Part shown: positions 41,276-58,225 of the stretch, in pieces
Layout of the letters: each line of letters begins with the position of its first letter
Numbering within the stretch: position 1 is the stretch's first letter
Assembly (NCBI RefSeq): GCF_009914755.1
Contig: NC_060925.1
Length of the DNA stretch: 64,000 bases
Source of the DNA: the human T2T-CHM13v2.0 reference genome, Homo sapiens
Strand: one strand, 5' to 3'
Position numbers and translations under genes: made by a program
The notes under the pieces: model-generated
Database searches by the model: none
The model's input: the letters and a program-made list of their open reading frames with translations, nothing else
What the model was told of the DNA's origin: nothing

Positions 41276-41372
41276 ACTTAATTAGCTTCTGCATTACCTT
41301 AGCCCACAACGAAGACACCACTCCTAAAAGGTCTGGATTGTCTCCCAGAGTGAGAAGCTGAAAATACCTTGA

Positions 41373-41589
<217 letters not shown>

Positions 41590-41784
41590 TAGCTGGGATT
41601 ACAGGTGACCGCCACCACACATGGCTAATTTTTTTGTATTTTTAGTAGAGATGAGGTTTCACCATGGTGGCCAGGCTGGTTTCAAACTCCTGACCTCAAG
41701 TGATCCGCCTACCTCGGCCTCCCAAAGTGCTAGGATTACAGACATGAGCCACCATACCCGACCCAGAAAATTTATTTCCTTCTT

Positions 41785-41852
41785 CCCTTCTTTCTCTCTT
41801 TCTCTCTCTCTGCCTCTCTCTCTCTCCCTCTCTCTTTCTCTCTTTCTTTCTT
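41785..41852. repeat. CT-rich low-complexity tract
   Basis: TTCCCTTCTTTCTCTCTTTCTCTCTCTC... Confidence 0.85.
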
Positions 41853-41974
41853 GAGACAGGGTCTCCTTATGTTGTCCAGGCTGGTCTTGAACTCCTGGGA
41901 TCAAGTGATTCTTCCAACTCGGCCTCTCAAAGTGCTGGGATTACAGGCACGAGCCACCATGCCTGACCCCAAAA

Positions 41975-42810
41975 TTTTTTCTTAGACTTTATTTTTTAGA
42001 GCAGTTTTAGGTTTACCGAGGAATTGAGTGGAAAGTACAGAGAGTTTCCATATGCCCCTTACCCCTAAATATGAACAGCATCCCCCTCTATCGCCATGCC
42101 ACACCAGAGTGGTATATTTGTGAAAATCAGTGAACCTACACTGACTCCTTATTATCACCTAAAGTCAAAAGTTTACATTAGAGTTCACTTTGGTGTACAT
42201 TTCATGGGTTTTTACAAATGTATAAGGACATGTGTCCACCATGATAGTATTGTACAGAATGGTTTCACTGCTCTAAAAATCCTCTGTTCTGTACCTATTC
42301 ATCTCTTCCTCCTCTCAAACCCTGGAAATTGCTAATTTTTTACTGTCTTCATAGTTCTTCCTTTTCCAGAATGTCATATAGTTGGAATCATATGGTACAA
42401 TATGTATAGAGCCTTTACAGGTTGTTTTTTTCACTTAGTAATAGATATTTAAGTTTCCTCCATGTCTTTTTAGAACATGGTAACTCATTTCTCTTTAGCA
42501 TGGAATAATGTTCCATTTTTTGGATATATCAGAGTTAATTTATCCATTCACCTGTTGAAGTACAGCTTGGTTGCTTTAAAGTTCTGTCAATCATAATTAA
42601 AGCTGCTATAAACATCTGTATGCAGGTTTCTGTAAGGATGTAAGTTTTCAACTTATTTAGGTAAATACCAAGGAGTACAATTGCTGGATGCTATTATAAG
42701 AGTAGGTTTAGTTTTGTAAGAAACTGTCTTCCACAGTGGCTGTACCATTTTGCATTCCTTCCATCAATGAATGAGAATTTCTTTTGCTCCATATCCTCAT
42801 CAGCATTTGA
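41975..42810 (-). mobile_element. L1MB-like 3' fragment
   Basis: TTTTTAGAGCAGTTTTAGGTTTAC..CACCAGAGTGGTATATTTG..TTTATCCATTCACCTGTTGAAG typical of antisense L1M. Confidence 0.7.
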
Positions 42811-43390
42811 GCTTCTAGATCCTAAATAGAAAAAGATGAGAGTTTATAAAAGTTTTGAGTGAAAAAATACCCTATAAAACCTATTATTTGATTAAAATTC
42901 TCCAGGCAAAGATCACATTAAGGAGGTGGTTTCATACCTATTATTAAAACTCCTTAGTGCTTTAACGTGCCTCAGGGCAAATTCAGATCAAAGGTATAAT
43001 GCCAGTAAAACCTGTCATTTGAATAAAGCCTTCAGAGCAGAGATCAGATTAAAGGTGAGACCTTTCTATCTCTTATTCTGATAAAGGTACCCTCCATTAA
43101 ACTGAAAAGCCTACTAAAATCCCTCCCCAATATTCATTTGAAAAAATAAAAAACCTACAGAAAAGTTGTAATGGTACAATAAATATCCATATACCCTTGA
43201 CCTAAATCCTTGAATTGTTCACAGTTTGACACGTTTTCTTTCTCTCTCTGTCAACCCATGTGCATGCATAAACACACACTCACACATTTTTGCGCAAGCA
43301 TTTAGAAGTTAGCTGTAGACAATATGGTGCTTCACCTGAAAAACTTTAGCACACTTCCAATAATAAGGATGTTACCTTATATAAACACTA

Positions 43391-44333
43391 TGTAGTAAAG
43401 AATTTGGCTTTGCCCAAGTAGAAGTTCTGGCCTTTGCCCTAGGCTTCATGGATGTAATCTCTGGGTACTTGGAATGTTATGCCTGACGGGACAGTCTTTG
43501 TCAGGGCACCTTGTGTCAGACTGGATATTCTAACAATGTGATTTAGGGCTGGGGCTGGCCAAACCAGAAAGACTCACATGTTATTTAGGGTGAAGGCGCT
43601 TTGGTTTTTAGGGTTTTTTTTCTTTTTTTCCTTATATTTTTATTTTTTCTCTAGGCCATGTTCTCATCGGAAGGGTGGGGGCTCTGGTTGATGTAGTATC
43701 AGTTGACCTGGAGTTTGAGATCAACCACATGGACAATTAGTCAATCATGCCTATGTAATGAAGTCCCAGTAAAACTCTCAACACTTAGGCCTGGGTGAGC
43801 TTCCCTGGTTAGGAATACTTGGGCATATTGTACACATCAACATTGGAAGACAGTTTCAGCAAGAAAAAAAAAAGACATGCATAGATAGGAAGATAGATAA
43901 ATAATAGGTAGGTGATAGGTAATATATATAAATATATATATATATAGAGAAAGAGACATTGCAAACGTAGCACAATACTAGCAATTGGATGAATCTCGGT
44001 GAAAAGTACGTGGGTGTTCATTCTCTTATTCATTCGCGGAGTAATGTGTTCTGACTCTATGAAGAGAGGACGAGGGAAGCTCCACATTTGGTACGTCCCT
44101 GACTTGGCCCTATGCGCTTCTTCCCTTAGCTAAATTTAATCTGTATGTTTTTCCTGTATAAACTATTACCATGAATATAGTAGTTTTCAGTGAGTTCTGT
44201 GAGTCCTTGTAGAGGATTATCAACCTGAGGATGGTTTGGGGAACTCCCAGACTTGCAGTTGGTGTCAGAAGTAAGAGTGGTCTTTTATAGCTACTATTCC
44301 CCCTGACTTCCTAGTTGGCTAGGAATTGATGCA
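43391..44333 (+). mobile_element. MER21B/C-like LTR carrying a foreign ~190-bp insert
   Basis: Starts TGTAGTAAAGAATTTGGCTTTGCCCAAG; later CTTGCAGTTGGTGTCAGAAGT; sits in an old L1M fragment. Confidence 0.75.
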
Positions 44334-45079
44334 AACACAATATAATTTCACATTCTGATAATTTAACATTGATACAATACTATATATAATACATATTATT
44401 ATTTATTTATTTTGAGAGACAAGGTCTTGCTATTTTGCCTAGGCTGGTCTCAAACTCCTGGCCTCCCACCTAGGCCTCCCAAAGTGCTGGGATTACAGGA
44501 ATGAGACACTGTTCCTGGCCATCTAATACATATTCTTTATTCAACTTTTACAGAGGGAGCACAAAAAATTTTCTAGAAAACCCTGTGCATGTAGATGGGG
44601 CCTGTCAACTCTGCCCTTCACTGTAGAGTAATCTAGCTGGTTCATTTCAATGATGTCTTTAGATCTTTAGATCTTTTCTCTCGGCCAGACCAGATTTTGC
44701 CAGCAAAGACCCTTATAATCTCCTTCCAGAAGGAGGCTGCTAGCAGAGTGGGGAAAGAGGGCTGAGGGATTCTTCCTAAGTATATAAGCTCTCACTTAAT
44801 CTTTCTTCTTTCAAGATTGAATCCTTGCCCTTGACAGTACTAGGTGTTCCCAGTCAAGCAATTCTCTATTTTCCCCCTTTTTGGAAAACATGCTTTCTGC
44901 CTTCTGTCTGCCCAGCCAGCTTGTATTGAAGATGGGGATTTGAGCCTTTCACTGCTTCTTTAAAGTTAAGGTAGAACAGGGTCTAACTCCTTCTTAAAGT
45001 TAAATTCGAAGAGCCATAAAGACATCTGGGGGACATTGAGACTGTACATTTAAATAATATTATTATATCTGTGTTTATT

Positions 45080-45110
<31 letters not shown>

Positions 45111-46147
45111 TTTTGAGACAGAGTCTCACTCTGTCACTCAGGCTGGAATGCAGTGGCACGATCTCGGCTCACTGCAGCCTCCGCCTTTGCTACTTGGGAG
45201 TTGAGGCAGGAGAATTGCTTGAATTCTCCTGCCTCAACCTCCAGAGTAGCTGGGACTACAGAAGCACGCTAATTTTTGTATTTTTAGTAGAGACAGGGCT
45301 TTGCCATGTTGGCCAGGTTGGTCTCGAACTCCTGACCTCAAATGATCAGCCTATGTTGGCCTCCCAAAGTGCTAGGATTACAGGCGTGAGCCACCGCACC
45401 TGGCCCAATTTCACTTTTTACCTCACAGTCACCCCCACTCCCAGAGGTCACTGGTGCTACCAAATCCTGGGTCCAGAAGGTTGTGTGGATAAACAAAACT
45501 GCTTTTTAACTTTCATATTTTGCTTTCTCACTGTTGGTTTAAGGTTTAGCTTCTTTGCATCTGTTGAATCAGTTACCCCTCTTCCATTTGCATTCCATCT
45601 TCTCCAATTTCTTGCTGTTGTCTCATCTCTCATTTTCTTTGTCTTTGTGGATTTATGCCTTGAAACAAAACAAAGAACAAAAAACTTTTACTAAATGTTG
45701 TAGTGTGATTTTGGGAGGTAGTAGAAATAAATGTAAACATTCACTTCACTTTCTTTAGCTTGAAGTTTTCCACCATTTTTTTATTTTTTATTTTTGGAGA
45801 CAGAGTCTCGCTTTGTCGGCCAGGCTGGCGCAATCTCAGCTCACTGCAACTTGTGCGATGGCGATTGTGCAAATTGTGCGATGCAAATTGTGCGATGGCG
45901 CAATCTCAGCTCACTGCAACTTCCACTTCCTAGGTTCAAGTGATTCTCCTGCCTCAGCCTCCTGAGTAGCTGGGACTACAGGTGAGCACCAGCAGGCCTG
46001 GCTAATTTTTGTATTTTTAGTAGAGATGGGGTTTCACCATGTTAGTCAGGCTGTTCTTGAACTCCTGAGCTCAAGTGATTGTGCTGCCTTGGCCTCCCAA
46101 AGTGCTGGGATTATAGGCATGAGCCACTGCATCCAGCCTCTACTATA

Positions 46148-46187
<40 letters not shown>

Positions 46188-46906
46188 TTAATTTCAGTTA
46201 GTTTTCACAAACGACAGAGCTCCAAGGTCATAATGTATTTCAGCCTTGTCTCTGAGAGTAGCAAAAGTAGTTCACACATATTGAAACAAAGCTATTCACA
46301 GCAGTTTAAATTATTTTAAAAAAACTTTAATTTTGAACAATTTTAAACCTACAGAAAAGATGAAAGGATAGTATAATAAACACCCACATACTTTTCACTT
46401 GGATTTATCCAGTTGCTAGTATTGTGCTATATTTGTGTTATATATATATATATGCTTATCATCTATTATCTATCTTCCTATTTATGCATGTCTTTTTTTC
46501 TTGCTGAAACCATTGAAAGTAAGTCCTAAACATCATAACGCTTCATCCTTAAAACACTCCAGCACGTATCTTTGAAGACCACAATACCTTTATCTTACCC
46601 ATGAAATAAAAAATTGATGCAATATTATGTAAATCTGTAATACCCAAGTGTGTCCCCAAAATGTCCTATTGCTGTTCTAACTTAATATTTTCCCCTTAGC
46701 TATGACTTGCTCACCTCCCTTCCTCCTTGGTTTTCTCGGTACTGCCAGGAAAGGTGGGGCCAGTGAGAGTCAGCGTACTTTGGCACCACTCTCATCCCCT
46801 CTCAATTCCACAGCCTCAGCGGTTACCCAGTTTCTGCTTGAGAAGTTGCTCAATCTAGTGTTAGTTGTGGCTTGAATGAGTCCTCAGTCTTTCTTCAAAT
46901 CACTAG

Positions 46907-47167
<261 letters not shown>

Positions 47168-48829
47168 TAACTTGTTTAGAAAACCTTGGGAACCTGAAGA
47201 AAACCCCAGGAACCTGGGCTACTCTAGCAAAAACTGATAGAAGCACCCATAGATTATGTTTTTGGCCTCATCAAATGTTTATATGTTTTCAATTTACTGT
47301 GCCAAACCACTTGAAGTCAAGATGTGAGTGGACAGTGAATTGATACCTCTCTACTATAAAAAGTCACAACATTTTGGGGTTCCTGCTCTAAGGATGATCT
47401 GAGAACCATCCTAGAAATCTTGCAGCATTTATCTCTGCTTGCATTTCATAAAAATTCCCCCAAATTACTTTAGGAGCTAGGACTTTGAGCCAATTTCACT
47501 TCTGATACCAGTCTGTATAGATGTAAAAAAGTAATGATGGCCTGGGCATGGTGGCTCACCTGTAATCCTAGCACTTTGAAAGGCCAAGGCTGGCCAATCA
47601 CTTTGAGCTCAGGAGTTGGAGAACAGCCTGGGCAACATGGCAAAACCCGGTCTCTACAAAAACTGAAAAAATGAGCCGGATGTGGTGGCTTGCACCTGTA
47701 GTCTCAGCTACTTGGGAGGCTGAGGCTGGAGGATCGCTTGAGCTGGGAAGTAGAAGTTGCAATGAGCCAAGATTGTCCCACTGCACTCCAGCCTGGGCGA
47801 CAGAGCGAGACCATTTCTTAAAAAAAAAAAAAAAAAAGCAATGATGGTATGATTAACTAAAAGACACCAACAGAGCCAAGCCAACAATACAAGTTTCTTT
47901 AATGTAGGTAAACACACAAGAATTTTAACAGCTTGAAAACATAGAGGACACAGCCGCATACTCAGATAGAGAGGTCAGCTTCCCTGCTCTGCAGGTTCCC
48001 CCCTGAGGTCAGATGACTTTTGCTGAATTTACCTGATGAGGGTTGAGATACCATCAGATCTTTCAAGAAGCTCTCTTGCCATTCTCTTAGAGTTTTTTTT
48101 AAAGCCTTGGTTCCCCTCTAGCACTGGAAATGGTAGCTATGTGTCTGCCTGCTCACTAAGTGCAAGTAATTGGTGATAACTCCAGCCCATTGCTGAATGT
48201 GAACTTGAGAAAAGAAGGCTGATTTTTCAGGCGTACCATCCCTCTTAAAACCCTAAGTTTTAAGTTGGTCAGAGGATAACCTTTGCAATGTAGACACTAG
48301 AATTTGTTCAAAAAGGGTGAATAGGATCTTTTTAAAAAAATGTAATATATAAAAACCTTTTAAATTATTAGATTGTCTCATTTTAAATGTTTTCCCCATT
48401 TTGTGGTTTTTAAAAATTATGGTAAAATATACGTAACGTAAAATTTACCATTTTCTACATTTTTAGGTGTACAGTTCACTGGCATTAAATACATTCATAT
48501 TGTTGTGCAACCATCAGCACCATCCATCCAAAGAACTTTCATCGTCTCTAATTAAAACTCTTCTCTACCTGTTAAACAACTCCTCATTTCCCATTTCCCC
48601 AGCCCCTGGCAACTCTCATTCCATTTTCTATCTCTATGAGTTTGTCTACCCTATGTACCTTACATAAATGCAAATAACCTCTTAGTTAACGTGAAAATTA
48701 GTAAAAAGAGATGTGACTATATAGAAAAAACATGTAATTGTGTTTTTATGTGCAAATGCGACGACAGTGTGTGTGTGTGTGTATATATATATATATGCTA
48801 TTTTGCAACTTCCTTCACTTAGCAATATA

Positions 48830-50140
<1,311 letters not shown>

Positions 50141-51381
50141 AAATATCTTTCTGTTACCAGCATATATCTCAACTTCATCCTTTTTTTTTTTTTTTTGGTA
50201 ATAGTTACCCTTTTTTTTTTTTTTTTTTTTTTTTTGAGAGAGGGTCTCTGCAGTACAGCGGCACACTCACAGCTCACTGCAGCCCCAACCTGCCAGGCTT
50301 AAGTGATCCTCCTAGCTCAGCTTCCCAAGTAAGTGAGACTACCGGCACATGCCACCAGGCCTGGCTAATATTTCTATTTTTTGTAGAGACAGGATCTCGC
50401 CATGTTGCCCAGGCTGTTCTTGAACTCCTGGACTCAAGCAATCCACCTGCCTTGGCCTCCCATAGTATTGTGATTACAGGTGTGAGCAACTATGCCCAGC
50501 CTACTCTATTTTGAGATAAATGTCTGCAACTTAAAAAATTTGTATAAAGATGAATATACCTCTGCATCATGGAGAAGACTGCAGAGAGCCTACTATCCTT
50601 AACCTCTTCCTTGAAGGATAAACATAAATTCATCAAGAAACAAAGTGGGGAAGGTATTCCAAGGAAAGAAAAAAGCACATGAAAATGGGTAAAAAATGGA
50701 AGGATGCATCATGGTGGGTGTAGAGAAACAGGAAATTTTTTCTTTTCTTTTTCTTTTTTTAGATGTGGATTCTTGCTCTGTTGCCCATGCTGGAGTGCAG
50801 TGGCATGATCATAGCTCGCTGCAGCCTTGATCTCCTGGGCTGAAGCTGGCCTCCTGCCTCAGCCTCCTGAGTAGCTGGGACTACAGGCACGTGCCCACAT
50901 CCAGATAACTTTATTTTTTTGTAGAGACGGGATCTTGCTACGTTGCCCAGGCTAGCTTTAAACTCCTGACCTCAAGTGATCTGCCTGCCTTGGCCTCCCA
51001 AAGTGTTGAGATTACAGGTGTGTAAATCTCTAATGCCTGAGATTACAGGCATGAGCACGTCTGGCTGAAAATTTAAATATGGTTTGAGGAAGGGGTTCAG
51101 GCAGACGAGATTTACAAGATTTGGAAATAATAGCAGCATCTAACATGTGCCAGGCACTGTTCTATGCATTTAATGTGTAATAATTTATGTAATTCTTACA
51201 ACAACCCTATCAGATACAGTAGAATTATTGTGCTAATTTTCCACCTGGAAAACAGACACAGAGAAGTAAATAAACTTGTCTGATATCACATAGCTATTAA
51301 ATGACAGTTTGACTCCTGGCAGTTTGACTTCACTGCTAGGTTCACTATCTGCCTTTCTTTTATTTATTTAATTTTTTTTAA

Positions 51382-51564
<183 letters not shown>

Positions 51565-51741
51565 TAACAGGCTGGGCGCAGTGGCTCACACATGTAATCC
51601 CAGCACTTTGGGTGGCTGAGGCAGGCAGATCACTTGAGGTCAGGAGTTCGAGACCAGCTTGGCCCACATGGCAAAACCCTGTCTAGGCTAAAAATACAAA
51701 AATTAGCCAGGCTTGGTGGCAGGTGCCTCTAATCTCAGCTA

Positions 51742-51849
<108 letters not shown>

Positions 51850-52694
51850 TCAAAAAAAAAAAAAAAAAAAATTGGAACAAAGAGCCAATGATTTTTAAGC
51901 AAAGGAATGGCTTTATTAGATTAATTTTGGGGGAAGATTACTTTGGTACCAGCTTTGAGGGTTAACTAGTAGAACAAGAAAGTTTATAAGGAGAACAAGG
52001 AAGAGACTATTCCTATGATTCAGAGATGAGGAGGACCTGAATTCATGACAGGTGGCAGTGAATACACAGATCAGGATTAGTGTGCCATTTCCAAAGTAAA
52101 TGAATAGGATTTGGTGCCCAGTTGGATATAAGGATTAGGGAGGAGTCAAGGACAACAAGTCAAGTTCGAGAATCTTGCAGAGCATCCAGGTGGAGCTGTC
52201 AGTCGCAATACTGCTGGGGAGAGAGATATGGCTAAAGATACAGATTAGTGAGTCATCCACTTCACTGGTGGTAATTAAAGTCTATGGGAATGGATTGCTC
52301 AGGTTAGCTGATCCAAAACAGAGCCTTAGGGAACACCAGCATTCAAGCAATGGGCAGAAGAAGAGAAATAGCCCATGAAAATACAGAGAAAGATGGGTAA
52401 AACAGGTAGGAAGATAATTAAAATACTAAACAGAAAGCAATAAATACCATAAAAGAGGTACAAACAAAGTAATGTGGGAGTTCAAAGTAGGATTACAACT
52501 TAATCTGAGTCTCTGTTAACTCACCTGTAAAATCAGGTTGGACTAAGTGATCTCTGAAATCACTTTTGTCTCTAAACCTTTGAATCTATTCAGTGTCTAC
52601 CATGTGCCCATTAACATGATAGATGCTATGGAAAGAAAGGCACAACCCCTACTCTAGAAGAGCTTTCTTAATTTAGTTTTTTGTTTGTTTTTAG

Positions 52695-52868
<174 letters not shown>

Positions 52869-53364
52869 TAGTCTCTGCACAGCTACTGAAACAAAACAAA
52901 ACAAAAAAACTGGACAAACAAAACCCACTGGAGATGGAGATCATTTATAATTAAGGGTTGAATTTTGTGGCATAGCCTGTGGGCTGCAATCCAGAGAAGG
53001 AAGGTGTAATAATATGTGTATAGAAGCTTCGTGGAGGAAGAGAGTGGACTTGGGCTGGATTCAGATAGAGAAGAATAATGTGGGCAGAAATAAAGGTATG
53101 AGTTCACCTACCTGATAACTTGAAGACCTCGGCTGGGAATTCATGGGAAGTAAGGTTTTAGATAGGTAGCACAAGGCCTACCTTACTAATCAACTTATAT
53201 AACTTAGTTGGGACTTAGAATAGACATGGAAGCAGTGGCGAGCTACTGTAGGTTGTTGGGCAGGTTTGTGATGTTTATTGTACGGGATATATTGATAGCT
53301 ATTTTTATTGCACAAAATGTCTATCGCTATGATACGTTTTCCCATCGCCAATTTCACACTACAG

Positions 53365-53792
53365 TGGCTGCTGTGGTGTGCTGCCCAGATCACCTCGCTC
53401 CAGGTCTGATGCATGCATGCATGCCCCCACCTTCTGGGAGAGTAGACGGCTGGCAACTCTCAACTAAGTCCTTCTCCAGGACTTGCGCTCAGCTGAACAG
53501 AACCACTTTGCCTAATGTCCCACCACCTTACCAGGAGCAGTGCACATTAATGACTGGTTGATGAGCTTTACAAAGGCCCAGCCTCCCCACCCCAGTTCAG
53601 AAAAACCTTGAAGTGTCCTCCCCCTAGCTTCAGAGCCTCCTGGCTGAGGCCTTTGTTGCAAGTGTAGCACAGTTCATCTCCTGCTCAATCCTGCTTCCTT
53701 TGCTCTCAACAGGTGTTGATCCCAAGAATACTTCCTAATAAACTTCCTACATTCTAATTTCCATCTGTTTTCTGGGGAATCAAACTGAAACA
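53365..53792 (+). mobile_element. LTR16-like ERVL LTR
   Basis: TGGCTGCTGTGGTGTGCTGCCCAGAT start; CAGGTGTTGATCCCAAGAATACTTCCTAATAAACTTCCT end. Confidence 0.6.
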
Positions 53793-53810
53793 TACATGAT
53801 AATTACGTTC

Positions 53811-53893
53811 ACTCAACTTTTCACTCAACTTTTCATCTATGCTACTCAACTTTTTCATCTGTGGTACTCAACTTTTCATCTATGCTACTTAAC
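53811..53893. repeat. Short minisatellite, ~22-bp unit ACTCAACTTTTCATCTATGCT
   Basis: About 3.5 imperfect tandem copies. Confidence 0.85.
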
Positions 53894-54423
53894 AATTAAA
53901 CTGTAGAAACATTTTATGAGCCCAGATTTTGGCGTGAGGAATGTTCTTTAACAATTTTGACATTTGTAGTTTAGAACACCAAGATCTACCTTTTATAAAA
54001 CCTGCACTCTCTAAAATCGCACACCCATTTTGGCACTATACATTCAGTTCAGTTTTTGTGGAGACAGTAGTAGATACAAATAGCTAAGCATATGTAAGGA
54101 ATATCAATCAAAAGGAAATAATGAATTGGTGGTAACTATGTCTTAGCAGGATATACCATAGGTTGATGGAGTGCATTGCTCAGTGTCTTGTATAGTAATA
54201 CTCTTGGAGACACCAGGTACTCCACGGAGGTAGTCCACAACTGGAAATTTTACAGAGTGTTGTTTTGGATCACAAAGAAACTGTGACACCATTTGATTTT
54301 TTTTTTTTGCGTTTATCCAAAATATCTTAATCTATATACTTGGCACTTAGCACTACTTAAAAAAAAATCACCAACTATGACACTATCAGGCAGCTCTCAG
54401 CTAAGCACATTACTCTCCTTTAG

Positions 54424-54723
<300 letters not shown>

Positions 54724-56628
54724 TGAGTAACTGGGATTACAGGTGCTGGCCACCATGCCCAGCTAATTTTTGTATTTTTAGTAGAGATGGGGTTTCACCG
54801 TGTTGGCCAGGCTGGTCTTGAACTTCAGACATCGTGATCCACCTGCCTTGGCCTCCCAAAGTGCTGGGATTACAGGCATGAGCCACTGTGCCCGTCTGGT
54901 AGCTCTTAAGAGGGAAAGATGAAGGGTGAAAAACGAGAAATTGTCCGTCTATATTTCCAATGGTCTATGTCCTTTTAAAATTTTTAATTAATTAATTTTT
55001 TTTTAAAGACAGGATCTTGCTCTGTTGCACAGGCTGGAGTACAGTGGCATGATCATGGCTCACTGTAGCCTTGAACTCCTGGGCTCAAGCAATCCTCCCA
55101 CCTCAGTCTCCCTAGTAGCTGGGATTATAGGCATGAGCCACCCTGCCTGGCTCCTACATCACTTTTTTGTCCTTATGACATCGGTTTTTAAAAATGTCCT
55201 TTCCTCTGTTTGCAAAGGGCAAAAATAAAACCATAATAAAAAATAAAGTAAAATGTACTTTCCTCAACACGATTAAGAGATACAGTTTTAGAGACAAATA
55301 ACATTCAGTGCTCACTGAAATTATCAAATTTTTAATATGGAAATAGATGGGTTTATATGGCATTCTTTATAATACAACAAATTCTGTAAAGGGAAATATA
55401 TTGAAAATGCTGGGTCTGTAATTGACAGATTGCCAAAGAATAAATTATATCCTGTGCTGTAATTATGTATTCAGCAATAATGAATACTAGGAGAAAATAG
55501 CAAAGTAGTAATTATACCAATTACAATTGATTAGTTGGTATTAACATAAAAAGATGTGCTCATTGTGTTATACTCTATTATGTCACAAAAGGCTCTGATG
55601 TATTAAAGATAGTTGATTTCTTTATAAAGTCCCTTTTTATAATTGACTAAACTCAGTGAGTTTGGAAGGAAACTGGGAATTTGTATAATTACTCATGATA
55701 AAAATTTATTATGCTACAATTTTCATTGTTTTATGCTACTGTAGTTTCTAATTTTCTAATCTGTTTTTCCTGTGTTATTGGTATACTAGCACTGCATTTA
55801 AAAAAATGGAACAAAGTAATCCAAAAGAATTGTAATAACTAGAACTCATAAGTATCCACTATTGTTTATTTTTTGTTAGAAATTGAGATTTAAGGTGGCA
55901 AGGTAATTGCTACTCTATATAAAGTAGAGCTCTGTTTCTTTACAAATCTCCAAAGTGTGAATTTAACAATTTAGCAGGACTAATTATTTTAGACTTCTGG
56001 TGAGTTGGACGCACTTCATAATTTTAACAATAAAAGTGAAGTCTATGTGGGATTAAATTTAAACTCTGAAAAAAATGCAAGGATCCTTCAATATATGAAA
56101 CATCAGAGTAAATTTAATTATCTCAATTTTCTCAAGTCATGTAATGGAAAGCAGGCAGGTATAAATTGCTGCTGCATGGGTAATTTATTTCACTTTTTAA
56201 TGACCTTGTGCCCTCTATGGTCAAACAAGAATACTACAGGAAATAAGCAGGCCCTCTTTTAAAAGTAGGAGAGCATAATAGATAGCAGACTGAAAAGAAG
56301 ATCTTGAAACTTAGTGAAAAGCCCAAAATAGAAAATAAGCCAAATAACATTTAAGTGTGACTAAGAAGATGTTCTTAGGGCTAGTTTTAGTGAGTGGTAA
56401 AATTTAATTGTAATTATAAGCAAAAGTCTAATATATATGGCCATTGACAGAATTCAATTTAAGACCACTTTGTTGTACACACATCAATAGCGTATTCCTT
56501 TGAATGCATTTAGTTGTAAAGTGTGGAGGAAGAAGGGAACACTGAGCTAAGATGAAGCTGAGCTTTTTATTATCCTGAATTATGTACCCTTAAAGTCCAT
56601 ATCTAAATTCCTTGACCAAATGTTTTTA

Positions 56629-57021
<393 letters not shown>

Positions 57022-57050
57022 TCAGTTCCTATCTCATTGGACACAACCTA

Positions 57051-57647
<597 letters not shown>

Positions 57648-58225
57648 TTATTTATTCATTTAATTTTTTTTTTTTTAAGATAGGGGTCTTACTATGTAGG
57701 TCACAAGCTGCTCTCAAACTCCTGGGTTTCAGCGATCCTCTCACCTGAGCCTCCCAAAGTGCTGGGATTATAGGTGTGAGCCACCGTGCCCAGCTAAAAA
57801 CTGCAGATCTTAAGTTACAGTGAATAACAAATTACTTGGCCCACATCTCTCAACAAACCACAATAGCCAGCTTATTGACTTTTATGGCTATTTCCCAGCA
57901 CAAACTATGAAACAGACAGACCATCCCAGTTCTCCACTACTAAAATTATGCCATAATAAATATAACCTATTATATTTTTCTTTAGAAAGAAAAAAATCCT
58001 AGGGAGTAGTTGGGTGAACTGTTTATCATACTGGGCCAGCTAAGTGAAAGGGGTTACCTCTCTCTCTCTATTTTATAGAGACGAGGTCTTACTATGTTGG
58101 CCAAGTTGGTCTTGAACTGCTGGCCTCAAGTGATCTTTTCCCCTCCACCTCCCAAAGTGCTAGGATTACAGGCGCGAGCCACTGCTCCTGGCCAAGGGGT
58201 TGCCTCTTAACTCAGGTAAGATCCA

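Noticed and set aside
53811-53893. Short repeats (here and at 45826-45922) as a CRISPR-like array
   Set aside because: No unique spacers of regular length, no cas-like genes, mammalian context.
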